Origin: Myxococcota bacterium
Lineage (GTDB): Bacteria; Myxococcota_A; UBA9042; PHBI01; JAWLBL01
NCBI GenBank assembly: GCA_041687695.1
Contig: JAWLBL010000002.1
Coordinates: 134,761 to 198,760, forward strand
Direction of reading: 5' to 3'
DNA length: 64,000 nucleotides
Shown: positions 59,640 to 64,000 of the stretch, piece after piece
Position numbering within the stretch: the first letter of the stretch is position 1
How the letters are laid out: every line of letters starts with the position of its first letter
The notes under the pieces: model-generated
What the model was told of the DNA's origin: nothing
What the model saw: the letters and a program-made list of their open reading frames with translations, nothing else
Database searches by the model: none
Position numbers and translations under genes: made by a program

Positions 59640-60023
59640 CTACTCGAAGACCTCGCTGGCCTTCGCGGTGGCCAGGCGCGCCTCGAGGCGGGCCCAGTCG
59701 TCCTTGTTGGCCAGCCAGCGCGTCACGCCGGTCTTCTTGGCGCCCACCCAGAGCTTGCCGCCTTCGATGCGCACCTCGGACAGGTCGCCGAAGGCGTGCA
59801 CCTTCTTCAGCGGGCCGATGGCGGCCTTGACGACGACCGCGTCCTCGGTCAGCTCGAACCACGGCCGCGTCGCGTACGCCGCGCCCACGATGAGGCAGAC
59901 GACCGCCGGGAAGAAGCGGATGACGTCGGCGCCCCCACGGACGAGGAGCAGGTTCATCACGACCAGGGCCGCGCCCATGACGAGCAGGAGCACGGTCCAA
60001 CCCTTGCTGTAGCCGATCCTCAT
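59640..60023 (-). CDS. Small two-TM membrane protein (bacterial PH-like C-terminus)
   Basis: Two hydrophobic helices then a beta-rich domain; GGAG RBS. Confidence 0.75.
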   Translation of the reverse strand: MRIGYSKGWTVLLLVMGAALVVMNLLLVRGGADVIRFFPAVVCLIVGAAYATRPWFELTEDAVVVKAAIGPLKKVHAFGDLSEVRIEGGKLWVGAKKTGVTRWLANKDDWARLEARLATAKASEVFE

Positions 60024-60102
60024 GGCGCGTCGATCTCCAAGTCGAGGGCGGAACCCCGCAGACCATAGCCCAGGCGCGGCGGCCCCGACAGCCTGGCGCG
60101 GG

Positions 60103-61317
60103 TCAGACCGACGCGGCGGCGGGGCGGCGGGTCCGGGGCTTCGGGCGCGTGGGCTCGGGGGCGCGCAGCAGGCCGTCGAGCTCGCCCTGCTGGGCGGCCG
60201 CGTCGCGGTAGCCGAGCGCGATGAGGGTGTCGGCGTAGGCGCCGTCGAAGAGCAGGTAGCTGGCGAGGTCCGCGACGCCGGAGCGGTCGCGCAGCAGGCG
60301 ACGCACGGCCCAGCCCAGGCGCGAGCGCAGGCGACCGGGGGACTCGAGCAGGCGCGCGGCGATGGCGCCGAGGTCCTCGCTGGGGCGGACGTTGACCAGG
60401 GTGACCGGGCGGTAGGGGCGGCGGCCGATGTGGACCAGCTCGGCCTGCAGGCGCGCGACCAGCTCGGGGCCGCCGACGCGGGTGGCGGCGGCGAGGACGT
60501 CGTTGACGCGGCCGAGGCGGTCGACGTCCCACAGCATGCGGTCGAGGAAGATGCTGTCGAAGAGCTTGCCAGCGAGGTGGCCCCAGCCGGGGAAGACGCC
60601 CGGGCGGGGCGCCGCGTCGTGGGTGCTCTTGACCGACAGGGCGAGCAGGCGGTCGGCGCCCAGGCGCAGGGCGGGGCTCAGGGGCGTGTTCTGGCGCAGG
60701 CCGCCGTCGCAGTAGAAGACGTCGCCGATGCGGACCGGCGAGAAGAGGAAGGGCAGGGCGGTCGAGGCCAGGACGTGGGACGGCCCGATGGGGGTGCGCA
60801 GGGCGGTCAGGGACTCGTCGTTCGGCCACACGGGGGTCGCGAGGCCGTCGTGGTGGTCGACGAAGACGTGGGTGCGGCCGCTGGCGATCTCGGTGGTCGC
60901 GACGGCCAGCGCGTCGAGGTGCCGCTCCCGGATGCGGCTGCGCAGGCGCGGCCAGTCGATGGAGCCGGCGATGAGGTGCTGGTAGGGGCCGGTGTCGAAC
61001 AGCCCCTTGGGCCCCAGGACGCGCGAGAGCGGGCCCATGCTGGCCTTGCGCCCGAGGCGGCCGATGGAGAAGAGCAGGACCCGGTCGACGGTCAGGCCGG
61101 ACCACAGGGACACCAGCCCCTCGACCGCGTCGCCGCCCATGCCGTGGCTGGCCATGAAGGCCGCGTTGACCGCGCCCACGCTGGCGCCGGTCGCGACCCG
61201 CACGCCGTCCAGCACCGCGGGCCGGTGCTCGGCCAGCCACCTCAGGACCCCGACCTCGTAGGCCCCGCGCGCCCCGCCGCCCGACAGCACCAGCCCCAGC
61301 TTCGGTTCCGCCGCCAT
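60103..61317 (-). CDS. Patatin-like phospholipase
   Basis: LSGGGARG, GASVG, DGG. Confidence 0.93.
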   Translation of the reverse strand: MAAEPKLGLVLSGGGARGAYEVGVLRWLAEHRPAVLDGVRVATGASVGAVNAAFMASHGMGGDAVEGLVSLWSGLTVDRVLLFSIGRLGRKASMGPLSRVLGPKGLFDTGPYQHLIAGSIDWPRLRSRIRERHLDALAVATTEIASGRTHVFVDHHDGLATPVWPNDESLTALRTPIGPSHVLASTALPFLFSPVRIGDVFYCDGGLRQNTPLSPALRLGADRLLALSVKSTHDAAPRPGVFPGWGHLAGKLFDSIFLDRMLWDVDRLGRVNDVLAAATRVGGPELVARLQAELVHIGRRPYRPVTLVNVRPSEDLGAIAARLLESPGRLRSRLGWAVRRLLRDRSGVADLASYLLFDGAYADTLIALGYRDAAAQQGELDGLLRAPEPTRPKPRTRRPAAASV

Positions 61318-61390
61318 GGGCGGACTATCGCCGCCCCCGTCGCCCGCCGCAAGCCGGGCGCGCGCCGCCGCGATCGGTTAGGCTTGCGCC

Positions 61391-61873
61391 ATGACCTCGA
61401 CGACCCGCTCGCCCTGCCACGTCCGCCCCGCCACCGCGGCCGACGCCGACCGCCTCGTCGCCAACAACCTGGCGATGGCCCTCGAGACCGAAGGGCTGCG
61501 CCTGGACCCCGCGCGCCTGTCGGCCGGCGTCCGCGCCGTGCTCGCCGACCCCGCCAAGGGCCGCTACTTCGTCGCCGAGCGCGACGGCCGCGTCGTCGGC
61601 CAGCTGATGGTCACGACCGAGTGGTCGGACTGGCGCGACGGGCGCATCGACTGGATCCAGTCGGTCTACGTCGCCCCGGAGGCGCGGCGCACGGGCGTGT
61701 ATCGCGCGCTCTACGAGCACCTGCGCGCGCTGGCCGAGGCCGATCCCGAGGTCGTCGGCCTGCGGCTGTACGTCCATCACGACAACACCCGGGCCCAGCA
61801 GGTCTACGCGACCCTGGGCATGGCGCGCGCCGAATACGTCGTCTTCGAAGTGGATTTCGTCATCGCCCGCTGA
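61391..61873 (+). CDS. GNAT acetyltransferase
   Basis: TTEWSDWR, IQSVYV..EARRTGV, RLYV...NTRAQ..Y..LGM. Confidence 0.92.
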   Translation: MTSTTRSPCHVRPATAADADRLVANNLAMALETEGLRLDPARLSAGVRAVLADPAKGRYFVAERDGRVVGQLMVTTEWSDWRDGRIDWIQSVYVAPEARRTGVYRALYEHLRALAEADPEVVGLRLYVHHDNTRAQQVYATLGMARAEYVVFEVDFVIAR

Positions 61874-62214
61874 CGCCAGGGCCGCGCGCCGGGCGGACGG
61901 CGCGTTTGCCGACCGCGCGCTTGCCCGACCCCGCCCGTTGAGCGACGCTGGGTGCGGACCTCGGGCCGACGCGGCCGATCGCGGGCCATCCGCCGTCGCC
62001 GCCCAGCTGCCCCAGCCCAGCGCGCCCCAGCGACGACCGCCCGCCCCGGGTGGCTAGCCGCCGTGTCCGCGCGCCGTGCTCTCCGCTCCCCCCGCCCTCC
62101 CCCGCAGACAGCGCTCCGCCCACGCCGCCCGCGGCGTCCGGCCCCAGGCTCGGCCGCGCGCCCCGCACGCGACACGGGCACGCGCCGTCGTGCGCGCCGC
62201 TCGCGAGGTGCCCC

Positions 62215-63699
<1,485 letters not shown>

Positions 63700-63717
63700 T
63701 CGCCGCCCTGGGACGCT

Positions 63718-64000
63718 TCAGGGCAGCGGCGGCGGCCGCACCGGCGGACGCGCGCCGATGGACTGCGCGACCTTGCGCACGTAGACGTCCTCGAGCGGAT
63801 CGGCCACCTGGTCGGCGGCCACGACGCGCAAGACCAGCGCCAGCAGCGCCTGCCGCTGCTCGTCCTCTTCGAAGCGCAGGGCCCGGCACGCGCGGACCAG
63901 GTCGAAGCGGTCGGGCTCGAACCGCGTCAGGTGGGTGACCACGGCGGCCGGCAGATTCCCCGGGCCGACGAAGTCCTCGAGGATGGCCTCGATCGCCGCG
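63718..64000 (-). CDS. TerB-like protein (5' end beyond window)
   Basis: R.ALL.LV..V.AAD......E..YVRKVA..IG helical pattern; frame open to the window edge. Confidence 0.6.
   Translation of the reverse strand, partial: AAIEAILEDFVGPGNLPAAVVTHLTRFEPDRFDLVRACRALRFEEDEQRQALLALVLRVVAADQVADPLEDVYVRKVAQSIGARPPVRPPPLP

Noticed and set aside
61874..62214. tRNA or ncRNA in long intergenic regions (also 4332-4765)
   Set aside because: No cloverleaf, T-loop or recognisable riboswitch motif seen by eye; an Rfam scan would be needed to exclude it.

Overview
Very GC-rich bacterial DNA whose gene content points to Myxococcota (inference): four Hanks-type Ser/Thr kinases, Cys-rich and TSP3-repeat lipoproteins, and a Che7-like chemosensory operon. 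About 53 CDS can be supported; most long ORFs in the six-frame track are GC-rich shadow frames. Main blocks: (i) a complete cheY-cheA-cheW-mcp-HEAT-cheR-cheB operon (31.5-40.9 kb) with a clear sigma70-type promoter and a divergent hybrid kinase; (ii) a RelA/SpoT synthetase-TPR fusion; (iii) a tandem paralogous kinase pair followed by a possible PT-barrel protein and a short hutF; (iv) a ~2.2 kb insertion-like element (50.1-52.3 kb) with an HNH endonuclease, a 14-bp flanking direct repeat and ~950 bp of repeat- and hairpin-rich non-coding DNA upstream of the nuclease. Block (iv) is the best candidate for an undescribed system. Across the window, at least 11 genes have a TAnnnT hexamer 6-9 nt before the start codon (leaderless-type), and G/C strand skew flips in multi-kb blocks. 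No rRNA, tRNA or CRISPR-cas locus was recognised. Product calls come from motif recognition by eye, not database searches.
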